Shown here: piece after piece, positions 18,477 to 28,358 of the stretch
Position numbering within the stretch: position 1 is the stretch's first letter
Layout of the letters: each line of letters begins with the position of its first letter
From: a virus
Lineage: Duplodnaviria > Caudoviricetes
IMG/VR virus record: IMGVR_UViG_3300021400_000468
Span: 1 to 64,000 of that record
Direction: 5' to 3' (one strand)
Length of the DNA: 64,000 nt
Notes under the pieces: model-generated
What the model saw: only the letters and a program-made list of their open reading frames with translations
Databases searched by the model: none
Told to the model about the DNA's origin: nothing
Made by a program: the position numbers and the translations under genes

Positions 18477-18521
18477 CATATTCTGACAAATTTGTTGCAA
18501 TTTTATTTTCCAAACAGTCAG

Positions 18522-18746
18522 TTAATTGACGGCGGGTACAAGCTCATATTCACTGGCATCCTCTTCGGGGATCTTTCCAGTATACTCAATCCATCCCCAT
18601 GCCTCACGCCCTATTTCGGGAACAAACTCCCTTCGATCAAAGTTGTGGATCTCGGATATCCTAATTCCAGACCACGCCGGATTTCCCGCATACGGCTTCG
18701 GATAGGTCCCCGGAGCTACCGGTCTCTGCGTGCTATAATACCTCAT
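18522..18746 (-). CDS. Small protein resembling DarA-related/polyvalent-protein domains
   Basis: YYSTQRPVAPGTYPK...AWGWIEY...YEL motif. Confidence 0.5.
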   Translation of the reverse strand: MRYYSTQRPVAPGTYPKPYAGNPAWSGIRISEIHNFDRREFVPEIGREAWGWIEYTGKIPEEDASEYELVPAVN

Positions 18747-18984
18747 GATGTTTCTCCCTTCCCATCTGCCTTTCATTCCAATTACGAACCGCATCCCGGA
18801 TCTTGTCCACACGAATTGCATCACAACAAGGAGTCATGCAGCAGACTGTCCAATACGGTTTTCCACCGAATGTTTCTGTTTCTGTCCATATCCGAATATC
18901 TGTGTTTCCACAGAATTTACAGGAAACAAACTGCCCTCTGTATTTTTCGGTGTACTGTCTTGCTTTCTGAAAACGAATAGCCAT
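18733..18984 (-). CDS. Lar-like zinc-finger protein
   Basis: CKFCG...CC..C...AVRNWN. Confidence 0.5.
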   Translation of the reverse strand: MAIRFQKARQYTEKYRGQFVSCKFCGNTDIRIWTETETFGGKPYWTVCCMTPCCDAIRVDKIRDAVRNWNERQMGREKHHEVL

Positions 18985-19298
18985 GAATATCCACCAATTC
19001 CCATCAATTTCGTGACGCCACGAAAATGGTCTATTCCCATCAAGCGGAAGCCACTTCGGTTTCAATGACAAGAACCTTTTCCTCACCCGGTTCAATCAGA
19101 TGGGTCTCATACAACGGCGGGAGAATCAACCCATACGTTTTACGCACAACATTTCGGAGAACTTCATACTGATCCGAATGACCGGGATCATGGTCATACG
19201 GACTGGAAAACACAACGATGTTCCCGGTTTCTCCGGGGATCTCTGCGGCAAAGGTTCCGGTTTTCAGATGATGAACGGTAATGGTCATATTTTCCTCC

Positions 19299-19625
19299 CT
19301 AATTCCATTCTCGCGGGGCCACAATTGACGTACCATCCTCAAGATGATACACAGTTGCTTTGCAACACGGGGCAAAATCCACATCTTGGTTCTCGTCATA
19401 AATGACGCAGAACTTATTGACACAATCCCGCCAATTTTCAATCTCTTCAGACGGTCCAACCTCTTTAATCTCTTCACCTTCCCAAGCAATCAACATAGCA
19501 CCAGCAAACAACAACGGAAGTTGATTGTCATTAGGACACACCGTGGCCCAATTACAGATGATGGTTTCTCCACCCGGAAAAATCACGATCCCAGATTCCT
19601 GACCAGTTAATTCCTGAAGCGTCAT
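19299..19625 (-). CDS. Small acidic hypothetical protein
   Basis: AGGAGG RBS, in early cassette. Confidence 0.55.
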   Translation of the reverse strand: MTLQELTGQESGIVIFPGGETIICNWATVCPNDNQLPLLFAGAMLIAWEGEEIKEVGPSEEIENWRDCVNKFCVIYDENQDVDFAPCCKATVYHLEDGTSIVAPREWN

Positions 19626-19664
19626 TTCTTTTACCTCCTGACAATTAGTCCAACTCCGGATCCG

Positions 19665-19967
19665 TCATTCCCAGTCGGGATGAAGATCACGCCCGACGGT
19701 CACCTTGATTTCGTCATCCTTAGTTCGGGCGACTTTTTCAACCCGCCGCAAGCCAAAAGCATCAACACTGATGTTTGCGGTGGTTCCTCGCCATCCGTGA
19801 TAGCGCTTGACAGCGGCGTTCATGTTGCCGGGAACACCTTCTCCGCGGTAGAGATACCATGTTTCATCGCCGGTTCTAACGTCCGTTCTGCAGACAAGAA
19901 TCACTTCATCTCCCTCATGGGGAATAAAACGGGTGTGATAATCAATCACGAATGTTTTCTGTCTCAT
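19665..19967 (-). CDS. Hypothetical protein
   Basis: RBS-led ORF in early cassette. Confidence 0.55.
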   Translation of the reverse strand: MRQKTFVIDYHTRFIPHEGDEVILVCRTDVRTGDETWYLYRGEGVPGNMNAAVKRYHGWRGTTANISVDAFGLRRVEKVARTKDDEIKVTVGRDLHPDWE

Positions 19968-20223
19968 GATGCCGTCCTTTCCGCCCTCTTCTCTCTGCGC
20001 TTAACAAGCCTGATCCTCAACCAACCACACGGGTTGGCTCTATATTCCTGAACGGTTTTCCTCGCCTCTTTCCACGAATACTCACTGCACTCGACGCACC
20101 AGCCATCCCCATAGTCGGTTTCAACATCCCAACGGTCAATGGTTTTTCTAACGTACATCGCACACCCTCCTTCCCTCTCTGCCCTTCCGGGCTTGCCCAC
20201 CCCCGAAGGGGCGAACGATTCGG

Positions 20224-20466
20224 TTATGCTTTTAGCTCGTCGGCTCTTCTAAGCGCGGTCTCGAGCGAGGCTCTTGTGCAAATCATTCGGCGCTCAAGAT
20301 CATCAGTCAAAACATACAGGCTGAAATACTGGCGGAGGCTATTCATGTAATTCGGTTCCAGAAATATGATCCCGCCATCCTTTGCCCTTCCGAGGTTCGC
20401 TCGTCCGTTTACAAACTGGACGTTTCTGCGGGCCAGCACAGTATTTTCAGATCTTGTGAATGTCAT
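20224..20466 (-). CDS. Hypothetical protein
   Basis: RBS-led ORF between repeated hairpins. Confidence 0.55.
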   Translation of the reverse strand: MTFTRSENTVLARRNVQFVNGRANLGRAKDGGIIFLEPNYMNSLRQYFSLYVLTDDLERRMICTRASLETALRRADELKA

Positions 20467-20841
20467 TTCCTTATCCTTTCTGCCCTTTCCGGGCTTGCCA
20501 TCTTCACTTCAAACTCTTTTACGCTGCAAACTCTTCATTTTCGATCTGTTCGATCTCATCCCAGCTCAGGCCAAGATCATGAAGCCGAACAGCGATTTCA
20601 TACGAAATCACGTTATGTTCCATGTCGGGGTTCTCATTGAACCTCCGGCAAGAGGCACGATACTCAAGAATCGTGCGATCCAGAATGAACTCATCAACCT
20701 CAGCCTCGGTTTTGAAAACCTGACCATCAATGAAATATCCTCTGTACTTCTTCATCACAAGTCCTCCTGTTGAGTTGAAATCAAATTTTCTTTCTGGAAA
20801 GTCGAAACCCAAGTTTCGGGGCCCTCGCCCCCCACGACTAT

Positions 20842-20870
20842 ATTATACCACACTCCTTGACGTTTGTCAA
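20842..20870 (-). promoter_or_regulatory. Promoter repeat copy 4
   Basis: TTGACA-17-TATAAT, perfect TTGAC-N4-GTCAA. Confidence 0.85.
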
Positions 20871-20918
20871 TACTTTGTTGCAAATTTAAGAATATTTTTT
20901 TACATGAGTGTGACCTTT

Positions 20919-22166
20919 TCAGGCCACACCCGTTTCCCCTTCAAAATACGAATACCAGTCATCAATCGCCTTGCACGGATCTTCCGAAACCGACTTCTGA
21001 GGTTTCTCCACGGTCAGCTTACATCTGGTCACGATGGTCTGCTTCACACCGTCCCGCTCATTGTGGTCCTTCACGGTTCCGGTTAGCTTCTTCACTCCAT
21101 CAATGTCCTGACTGCCGGAAGCAAACCAGATCAGAACATTTCCGGACACGTCAATGAACTTATAGAGGAAGGTCGTCCCCCATTGGTTTTCCCAAGACGA
21201 AAGCAGCTTGGCAGATGCAACCTCGACCGTGATCTTTTTTCCAACCTCTCCGACATACTCAGACTCGTGGGATTCCTTGTCTCTTTCGGCATTCCAGCGA
21301 GCCTCACGTTCGATCCTCTCCAGTTCCTTCTCCCACGCAACAGGAAGCCACACGAGCCAACCAACATGCTCGGCCTTGCACCATCCACCGGCCACCAGCG
21401 GCTTGCTCTCCCATGCGTAGGAGAACGCTTCATGCTCATTATTCTTGATCCAGTCAACGATCCGGGCAGCTTCCTTTTCGGACTCATCGCTGATTTCATA
21501 ACGCCGATAGTGTTCCAACACCCAGCTCTTAGTGGATCCCGGGTAATCGCTCTTGCGATATCCGAACTTCTTCACGGCTTCACAGGCAAGGGCAATCACG
21601 CTCTCGACATTCATGAGACGGCTTACGCCGCTACGCTCATAAGTCTCACCGCCGACCCCGGCATCCTCATCCAGATAGTTCCGCAGAGCAGCGAACGAAA
21701 CCGCCAGCCGGGGATCGATCCCCGTATAGTCATGAAGGCAGCTCGAACCAACCTGACGGATCGCTCCATCCACATTCTGCACCATATAGGTCACGGTGCG
21801 CTGATGATTTGTCCGGCAATGCTCGCAATACGGGGCTACGGTGTGCCATGCTTCGGGATAACCGGATCCATCAAAGGTGGTGACGAGATTTCCATCATCC
21901 AGATGCTCGATCTTCGCAACCGCCGTCCAGCCATCCTTGCGAACCATCTCATCATCATACCGAACATCGACCGCCTCAACGCGGACCATATCCTTCACAT
22001 AGGAGATACTGGTCGCAGGGTCGATCCCCATGATCTTAATCTCAGCGGCATAGGGTTCTCCAATCTCATAACTGAAGGAGGAACCATACTTCTCAGCCTT
22101 CTTGCGGACGGTCTCCAGCTTCTTCGTGACTTCTTCAATCTTTTCATTATACACGGTGACGGTCAT
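20919..22166 (-). CDS. Phage protein with Zn-binding motif and C-terminal OB-fold-like domain
   Basis: CEHC...VGSSCL.DYTG and SEYVGEVGKKI...LIWFAS...GTVKDH..RDGVKQTIVTRCK. Confidence 0.65.
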   Translation of the reverse strand: MTVTVYNEKIEEVTKKLETVRKKAEKYGSSFSYEIGEPYAAEIKIMGIDPATSISYVKDMVRVEAVDVRYDDEMVRKDGWTAVAKIEHLDDGNLVTTFDGSGYPEAWHTVAPYCEHCRTNHQRTVTYMVQNVDGAIRQVGSSCLHDYTGIDPRLAVSFAALRNYLDEDAGVGGETYERSGVSRLMNVESVIALACEAVKKFGYRKSDYPGSTKSWVLEHYRRYEISDESEKEAARIVDWIKNNEHEAFSYAWESKPLVAGGWCKAEHVGWLVWLPVAWEKELERIEREARWNAERDKESHESEYVGEVGKKITVEVASAKLLSSWENQWGTTFLYKFIDVSGNVLIWFASGSQDIDGVKKLTGTVKDHNERDGVKQTIVTRCKLTVEKPQKSVSEDPCKAIDDWYSYFEGETGVA

Positions 22167-22195
22167 CTCAGCACCTCCTATGTCATTCGTTTCGA

Positions 22196-22480
22196 TCAGG
22201 CACACTTCCAAGTGAACCGGTGGCTCACACTGGAGGTCTGATACTTCTCATACAGGTCCGGAAGATCCTTCTTCAGAAGCGTTCCGTTCAGGCGGCTGGA
22301 CACGATTTCCTGCCACCGGACCACAAAGCCCTTCTGCGTCTTAATCTCGGAGACGCCCTTTTCTTCCAGATCGGTCTTCAGCTCGGTCTTGAGACGTTCG
22401 ATCTCTTTCTCAAGCGCTTCCTTCTGAGCCTCAAGGTCCTGAATCTTCTTGACACGGTTTTCGATCATTCTCTCGGTCAT
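22196..22480 (-). CDS. Coiled-coil hypothetical protein
   Basis: Coiled coil plus SSRL....LKKDLPDLYEKY. Confidence 0.6.
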   Translation of the reverse strand: MTERMIENRVKKIQDLEAQKEALEKEIERLKTELKTDLEEKGVSEIKTQKGFVVRWQEIVSSRLNGTLLKKDLPDLYEKYQTSSVSHRFTWKCA

Positions 22481-22538
22481 GTCGTACCTCCGTTCTTTTG
22501 TTCGCGGCTCATGTTTATCTCTCATCCCTTACGAGTAT

Positions 22539-22567
22539 ATTATATCAGGTTTCTCGACGTTTGTCAA
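22539..22567 (-). promoter_or_regulatory. Promoter repeat copy 5
   Basis: TTGACA-17-TATAAT. Confidence 0.85.
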
Positions 22568-22597
22568 TACTTTTCCAAAAAGAAATAAACATTTTTC

Positions 22598-22626
22598 TTG
22601 ACTTTTATGTAGTTTTTTGATAAAAT
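22598..22626 (+). promoter_or_regulatory. Divergent promoter for GmrSD gene
   Basis: TTGACT-17-TAAAAT with TG extension, then GGAGG RBS. Confidence 0.7.
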
Positions 22627-22658
22627 GGTCAGGAAAGTAACCATTACCGGAGGCCATC

Positions 22659-24488
22659 ATGAAGCAGCTTTACTACAACACCGCCATGCCGATCAGAACG
22701 CTCATCGGTCAGATCGATTCAAGCCAGATCGCCCTGCCGGATTTACAACGCCCCTTTGTCTGGACGGATAAAAAGGTACGCAAACTGTTTGACTCTCTGT
22801 ACAGGGGATTCCCCGTCGGAACGATCACCCTATGGAGATGCGCTTCCACCCATAAATCCCACTTTATTGGACTGGACGGTCATAGCCACGCAGTCCCGAA
22901 CGAGCTGATTATAGACGGACAGCAGCGCCTCACTTCCCTTTATTCCGTCATGCTCGGCAAGCCGGTTTTGAACTCCAGCAAAAAGGAAAAGCGGATTGTC
23001 ATCTCCTTTAATCCTCTGGAGGAAAAATTCGAGGTATATTACCCTGCCCTGAAAAACAATCCGGAATGGATCCCGGATATAAGCATCCTGTATACGACGG
23101 ACAAACTCCTCCAGTTCAACACCGCGTACCTGAACAAGCTCTCGGAATACAGGGCATCTCAGGACAAGCCGCTCACGGACGAAGAGCAGAACGAAATCAC
23201 CGCCCATCTTGACGCTCTGCGGTATCTTGAAAATATCTCCCTTCAAATCATCGAAATTACGACGGATGCACAGGAGGAGGACGTTTCGGAAATGTTCGTG
23301 CGGCTCAATTCCTCCAGCACCCCGCTTCGCCAGCACGATTTCATCCTCACCCTGTTCTCACTCTATTGGGAAGACGGTCGGGACAAGATAGAGGATTACT
23401 GCACGGCCCACATAAGAAAAAGTGTGGATGACGGAGGAAAAACCATCGGTACGCAATCGCAGGATATCGTCCGTACTCTGATAGCCGTTGCACTTGACCG
23501 CGCTCAGCTTAAATACGCATACAAACTCCTGCATGGGGCAGACTTTGACCGAAAAGGAGAAATTGACGAAAGCCTCCGGGACGCCCGCTTCAAAATGCTG
23601 GCAGACAAACTTCCGGCAGTTCTGGACGAAACGCGATGGGACAAGTTCTGGAATATCATCAAATCATCCGGCTATGTAACGGCGAAGATGATCCCCTCTC
23701 ATTCGACCGTGTTCTACACCTACGCCTTGTATCTGATCGCCATTGACCGGTTTGACGGTAACTCCCCCAAAAACAAAGCGGCCAACGAATCCCTCACGGC
23801 CCTGTGGTTCTTCTTCGCATCCCTCATGTCCATCTACACCGACGAATCTGTCATGGAGAATCAGCTCAAGGCCATCAAGGATCTGCACACCTTTGAGGAA
23901 TACAGGGATTACCTGCTTTCCAGAATTGACGAGCGATTCACGAACGACTATTTCGAGACCACTCTGACCGGTACAGGAGAACTAGCCGCATACGGATCCG
24001 GAAACAACGCATGGCTGGCCTACAACGCCGCGCTGGTGGTTCTGGACACGAAGCTGCTCTTCAGCAAATCCGGGAATCCTCTAAGAAGTCTGCTGGAAAC
24101 CGGCTATGTTGCGGGGAAAAAGATGCCGCTTGAGAAGCACCACCTGTTCCCAAGAAAATACCTGAAGGATACCTTCAGCTATCCGGACTGGATGGTTAAT
24201 CAAATGGCAAACTATGCGTACATCGACTGGCTGGATAACCTCATCATTCTGGACACCGCCCCCGCTTCCTACTACGCCGGGAAATCAACTTCAGGCGACG
24301 AATCGAATAAGCCGGAGTTTTACATCCTCCAAGGCGTTTCGGAGGAACAGCAAATGAAATGGGAATCCGAAAACGCCCTTCCCTCCGGATGGGAAAACAT
24401 GCCCTATGAGACGTTCCTTATCGAACGGCGCAAGCTCATGGCACAAAGAATCAGGGAAGCCTATGAAGTCCTAAGAGGCCGAATTTAA
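22659..24488 (+). CDS. GmrSD-like (DUF262 plus C-terminal HNH/DUF1524-like) type IV restriction endonuclease
   Basis: LPDLQRPFVW, IIDGQQRLTSL and MFVRLNS (DUF262). EKHHLFP...NQMAN (HNH-like). Confidence 0.85.
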   Translation: MKQLYYNTAMPIRTLIGQIDSSQIALPDLQRPFVWTDKKVRKLFDSLYRGFPVGTITLWRCASTHKSHFIGLDGHSHAVPNELIIDGQQRLTSLYSVMLGKPVLNSSKKEKRIVISFNPLEEKFEVYYPALKNNPEWIPDISILYTTDKLLQFNTAYLNKLSEYRASQDKPLTDEEQNEITAHLDALRYLENISLQIIEITTDAQEEDVSEMFVRLNSSSTPLRQHDFILTLFSLYWEDGRDKIEDYCTAHIRKSVDDGGKTIGTQSQDIVRTLIAVALDRAQLKYAYKLLHGADFDRKGEIDESLRDARFKMLADKLPAVLDETRWDKFWNIIKSSGYVTAKMIPSHSTVFYTYALYLIAIDRFDGNSPKNKAANESLTALWFFFASLMSIYTDESVMENQLKAIKDLHTFEEYRDYLLSRIDERFTNDYFETTLTGTGELAAYGSGNNAWLAYNAALVVLDTKLLFSKSGNPLRSLLETGYVAGKKMPLEKHHLFPRKYLKDTFSYPDWMVNQMANYAYIDWLDNLIILDTAPASYYAGKSTSGDESNKPEFYILQGVSEEQQMKWESENALPSGWENMPYETFLIERRKLMAQRIREAYEVLRGRI

Positions 24489-24499
24489 CTTTCTTCCTT

Positions 24500-24553
24500 A
24501 TACAGAAACAGATACAGTACAGTAATAGATACAGTACAGTACAGATACAGATA
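24500..24553. repeat. Short tandem ACAGT/ACAGAT repeats
   Basis: tacagaaacagatacagtacagtaatagatacagtacagtacagatacagata. Confidence 0.8.
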
Positions 24554-24825
24554 AAAACGTATTTTTCAAATACCCTAAAGGTACCATATCCATATGGTAC
24601 TCAAAAACGGAAAAAGACCGGGCGGTTCTGGATTCCCTCCATCCATGCCGTCCGGATCTTTTTGTGACAATCATATTGTTGTTGCAAATAAAAAACAACG
24701 GATTCTCTGTGAGCTTCGAGAAACCACTTAAAATCCGTTTTTTCTTCTAACCACCAAATATACTGCCTCACGACAAAACTTCAAAATAACACGGCTCCTG
24801 CTCCTGTCTAATACCTCCGCAGGAC

Positions 24826-25230
24826 TTACCCTTTCCCAAAAACTTCATTGACACGTTCAAAACGGTCGACATACATAAACTGCTTAATCTCATCATTGTT
24901 GTACCCGGTAACCTTCCAAAGATCGGTAAGATACACACCGATCCGAAGAACGGTATTCAGTCCATCATAGGCCATGAACCTGATCCATACGTCAAGCTGT
25001 CCGGTTCCTTCTTCAATACCATCCCAAATGCGGAAGTTCTTGGCAATCTCGGCGGACTCATCAAAAATCTCACACATCCCATTGAAATCGCATCCACCAG
25101 CAACACGAGCGGCCATTCTGCAATAGGACAGAAGATCCTCTTCGACCATTTCGGATCTGATCCTCCTGACGACGGACATTTCGGAAACAGTTAGGATGCG
25201 CTTTACTTCTTCCGTGATTTTGATTTTCAT
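24826..25230 (-). CDS. Hypothetical protein
   Basis: GGAGG RBS. Confidence 0.6.
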   Translation of the reverse strand: MKIKITEEVKRILTVSEMSVVRRIRSEMVEEDLLSYCRMAARVAGGCDFNGMCEIFDESAEIAKNFRIWDGIEEGTGQLDVWIRFMAYDGLNTVLRIGVYLTDLWKVTGYNNDEIKQFMYVDRFERVNEVFGKG

Positions 25231-25505
25231 TGATCCCCCTCCAATTCATTTTGCCTTGGCGATTTCTTCAAGGACCTTAAAACGCTGCTCCAGTTGAATT
25301 GGTGAAGTACACTCACCAAGCCTCATGACCGATCCGTCAGGACAAACGGCATACAGGAAGTATTTATCCCGGTAAACCCTGCTTGTCAGGACATATCGCT
25401 TTTGACCATCCCTTCCATGATAGCTGACCCACACTTTTTCGTCATCCGGGATACCATCCTTCGGACGGAGTGCATCCGTCATGGAAATCTGAACCGACGT
25501 GCCCT

Positions 25506-26078
25506 TCATTCTCCATCCTCCGGATCTTCTTCAATTTCGAGTTCCGTATCATATACATCCATATGGCTGAAATTGATCTTCCCCTCACTTACCATATAGT
25601 CCCACTCTTCTTCTGCTTCCTCGGAACTTTTAGCCATAATATCAACGGTCATTATGGAGTGTTCCCTATATGTCACCGTAAACCGCTTTATCCCGGCCTG
25701 GGAATCAAGAAGGGAATCATGGAGTTCTCCGATCATCTTCTCAATGTCCTCCGCATCATGGACCAGAACTCTAATCGAAGGAACATCGGAAACACCAGAC
25801 TTTTTTGCCTCAATCCACATTTCAACATGCTCATCCACATCAAAGCTCTCGTAATACACCCCAACATTCTCAACAAAGAAATCTGCATCCACCCTGAATG
25901 AAAAATCCTCTCCAGCAGGGGAATACTTTCTAAGCTCCACCTCCCCGGATTCTTCATCTTCATATACGGACCAACCAAGACTTTCGCACACGGAAACCAG
26001 CTTATCAGCGAGCATTGCTTTATCCCTCCCCTCATTCCAGAACTTCTGCGGTTTCATAAACAACGACCGGATACTCAT
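25506..26078 (-). CDS. Acidic hypothetical protein
   Basis: YSPAGEDFSF...FDVDEHVEMW motif. True start uncertain. Confidence 0.55.
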   Translation of the reverse strand: MSIRSLFMKPQKFWNEGRDKAMLADKLVSVCESLGWSVYEDEESGEVELRKYSPAGEDFSFRVDADFFVENVGVYYESFDVDEHVEMWIEAKKSGVSDVPSIRVLVHDAEDIEKMIGELHDSLLDSQAGIKRFTVTYREHSIMTVDIMAKSSEEAEEEWDYMVSEGKINFSHMDVYDTELEIEEDPEDGE

Positions 26079-26691
26079 CTTCTTGCAGGTAGTTGTTTAT
26101 GTTCATCTCGCCGGGGCAAGCCTCACTGTCATACAGGTTTACACGGGGAAGTCCTTTTACGTTGATCCCATTGACCATCATGTCCTCACCAAATCCAACG
26201 ACCACACAGATTTCACGCTCTCCGGAATACGGATGGATTAAAACCACCTTCATCCCGACCGCAAGGTCTTCACGCTTCATAACAGTTGCATTGAAGAAAT
26301 CCGATCCAATCTGTTCTTTCTCGGGCTGTGCCTCGTCAATGGCAATCAGCATTTCCTTCAGGTCATAATCCATCTGTTCAGAACCGTTGAAATACCTTCT
26401 TCCGACGATCTTCCAGTCACGAATCAGATACGTCCCGTTGTCATAGTTGTCGCAATCCAAATTCTGGACCTTATCAATCCCGATGGACAAACCGCCGCCA
26501 AAGAAATTGCCAATCACCTGCGCCAGACGCGCCCATCCGTAACAATCCTCATCGGGGGACCGAAAACCTCTCAGCTCGCAATACTTAAGGAACGCCTCAA
26601 TACTGGCGCGGCCACCATTCCAGTGCAGATAAATGCCGACCCCATTGTGGGCGAACCCATACTCAGTCGTGATAACAGCTCTGTTTCCCAT
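26032..26691 (-). CDS. Conserved hypothetical early phage protein
   Basis: MGNRAVI...GIYLHWNGG...DNGTY. Confidence 0.6.
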   Translation of the reverse strand: MGNRAVITTEYGFAHNGVGIYLHWNGGRASIEAFLKYCELRGFRSPDEDCYGWARLAQVIGNFFGGGLSIGIDKVQNLDCDNYDNGTYLIRDWKIVGRRYFNGSEQMDYDLKEMLIAIDEAQPEKEQIGSDFFNATVMKREDLAVGMKVVLIHPYSGEREICVVVGFGEDMMVNGINVKGLPRVNLYDSEACPGEMNINNYLQEDEYPVVVYETAEVLE

Positions 26692-26702
26692 AGATACCTC
26701 CT

Positions 26703-27002
26703 TCAAGCACACACTTTGTCCGGGCAATACTTGTCACCCAGAATCGCATCCACAACAGCCTCAAGGTTGTCCGCTTCGATAACCGCTTCCTGATTGCGGG
26801 GGTTCAGTGCCTGATATCCTCCCCAATCGCCGCCATCGCACAAAACGGTTGTCCAGACCCAATTCTGACCGAAGTCGAAATACGTCTCACCAACACGATA
26901 GTTATACCGGCGGGGACTCTTTACGGTCAGGAGCTTCGCAGCAACGTCCAGTTTCTTATACTCGTCACTTTCGGGGGAAAACGTCTTGATGTACTTGCTC
27001 AT
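26703..27002 (-). CDS. Hypothetical protein
   Basis: YFDFGQNWVWTT...YQALNPR. First gene after promoter copy 6. Confidence 0.6.
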   Translation of the reverse strand: MSKYIKTFSPESDEYKKLDVAAKLLTVKSPRRYNYRVGETYFDFGQNWVWTTVLCDGGDWGGYQALNPRNQEAVIEADNLEAVVDAILGDKYCPDKVCA

Positions 27003-27069
27003 CAGAATATCTCCTTTCGCATTGGAAACCTTCGAGTCAAACTCACGGGGACCTCGCCCCCACGACTAT

Positions 27070-27098
27070 ATTATACCATACTCTTCGACGTTTGTCAA
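27070..27098 (-). promoter_or_regulatory. Promoter repeat copy 6
   Basis: TTGACA-17-TATAAT. Confidence 0.85.
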
Positions 27099-27375
27099 TA
27101 TAGTAGACAAAATATTAGATACTTTTTTCAATAACCACAACGATGGCTTTCAGGAACAAATTCGACATTGATCTCAATCCAATACCGAGGATGTTCCTCC
27201 TCAATCAGCTTAGCGGTTCCATATGCTTCATCGAAGGTCTCAAACGCAGTCTGACCGATATCATCCTCGGTTAGCTTTCTGCACCAGTGGGCATGGCCGG
27301 TCCACACGTCAAGGACATAGATTTTCTTGGTTTTCATAAAATCACCTCCGATCATGCGGCACCTCCCGTTTCTGT

Positions 27376-27666
27376 TCAGGCCACCGTCTCAACGACGGAA
27401 TAATACTCGTTGGGGCAACCGTTGGCAGCCGAATTGGTCTTGGCATTGTTCAGGTTATTCACCAGAGACTTGATCGTCTTAGGGTGAACATTGATCTTCT
27501 TGTTGCCGCGCTCACGTTCCCAGCTCCTACCGCATTCCAGCGTGTAGCTGAAATACTGAATCAGCTCTTCCAGAGTTCCGGTGATTTCCTTCTCGCGCAT
27601 TCCGTTGAACGAATATCTCGTTTCCTTGATCGTGAACTGTTTCATTTTTGACCTCCTGTTATTCAA
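27376..27666 (-). CDS. Hypothetical phage protein
   Basis: GTLEELIQYFSYTLECG...PKTIKSLVNNLN. Likely start at MKQF. Confidence 0.6.
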   Translation of the reverse strand: MNNRRSKMKQFTIKETRYSFNGMREKEITGTLEELIQYFSYTLECGRSWERERGNKKINVHPKTIKSLVNNLNNAKTNSAANGCPNEYYSVVETVA

Positions 27667-28047
27667 TCAATGTTTATTTTACGTTCCCGGATTCCGTGTC
27701 AGCTAATGGCTCCGCGCTTCTTCAGGTCGAAGTAGCACCAGCGGAGGATCTGGGCATCGGTCATGGTCTTGAAGGACTCCAGAGTGTCCTCATAATCCTT
27801 CTGATAGGCTTCGATCATCTCCCGCTGTCTTCTGATGCAATTACCGAAGTAATTGTACCCGGCATCAAGATCAGAAGCCATGTTACGGACCATCGTGGCG
27901 ATCATGGCCTCTTTATCTCCGCACCAGATCTCGTACCAGTCTTCCGCTTCCCACACTCTCGCTCTTGCCATTTGAAACCTCACTTTCTCATCGGAAACCC
28001 GAAGGCTCAATTCTTGGGGGCCGAACCTCTCTCCCCCCGACGATAAT

Positions 28048-28076
28048 ATTATATCACATCTCTCGACATTTGTCAA
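28048..28076 (-). promoter_or_regulatory. Promoter repeat copy 7
   Basis: TTGACA-17-TATAAT. Confidence 0.85.
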
Positions 28077-28106
28077 TACTGAAAGCAAAAATAATTTGAT
28101 TATTTT

Positions 28107-28358
28107 CTATTTTTCTTCATCAGCAGACAGCTTGCGGAATGAATCCTCACCATACGCAAGGCCGAGGCTGCGTCCATTATCAAACCGGCAATGGACGGTC
28201 GCTATATCATCCACATAAATCACAGTTCCCTTGGTCCCATCGGGAACAGGATTAGGGTCATCTCCCATGTGCAGAAGCACGATCCTCGTTCCGGCGGGAT
28301 ACCTCTCCTGATAACTTTTCGCCACGGCTCTGAGTCTGTCCCATTCATTCATACGCAT
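28107..28358 (-). CDS. DUF4314-family protein
   Basis: YPAGTRIVL..M.D...VP.GTKGTV..VDD.....RFDNGRSLGLAYGED. Confidence 0.85.
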   Translation of the reverse strand: MRMNEWDRLRAVAKSYQERYPAGTRIVLLHMGDDPNPVPDGTKGTVIYVDDIATVHCRFDNGRSLGLAYGEDSFRKLSADEEK

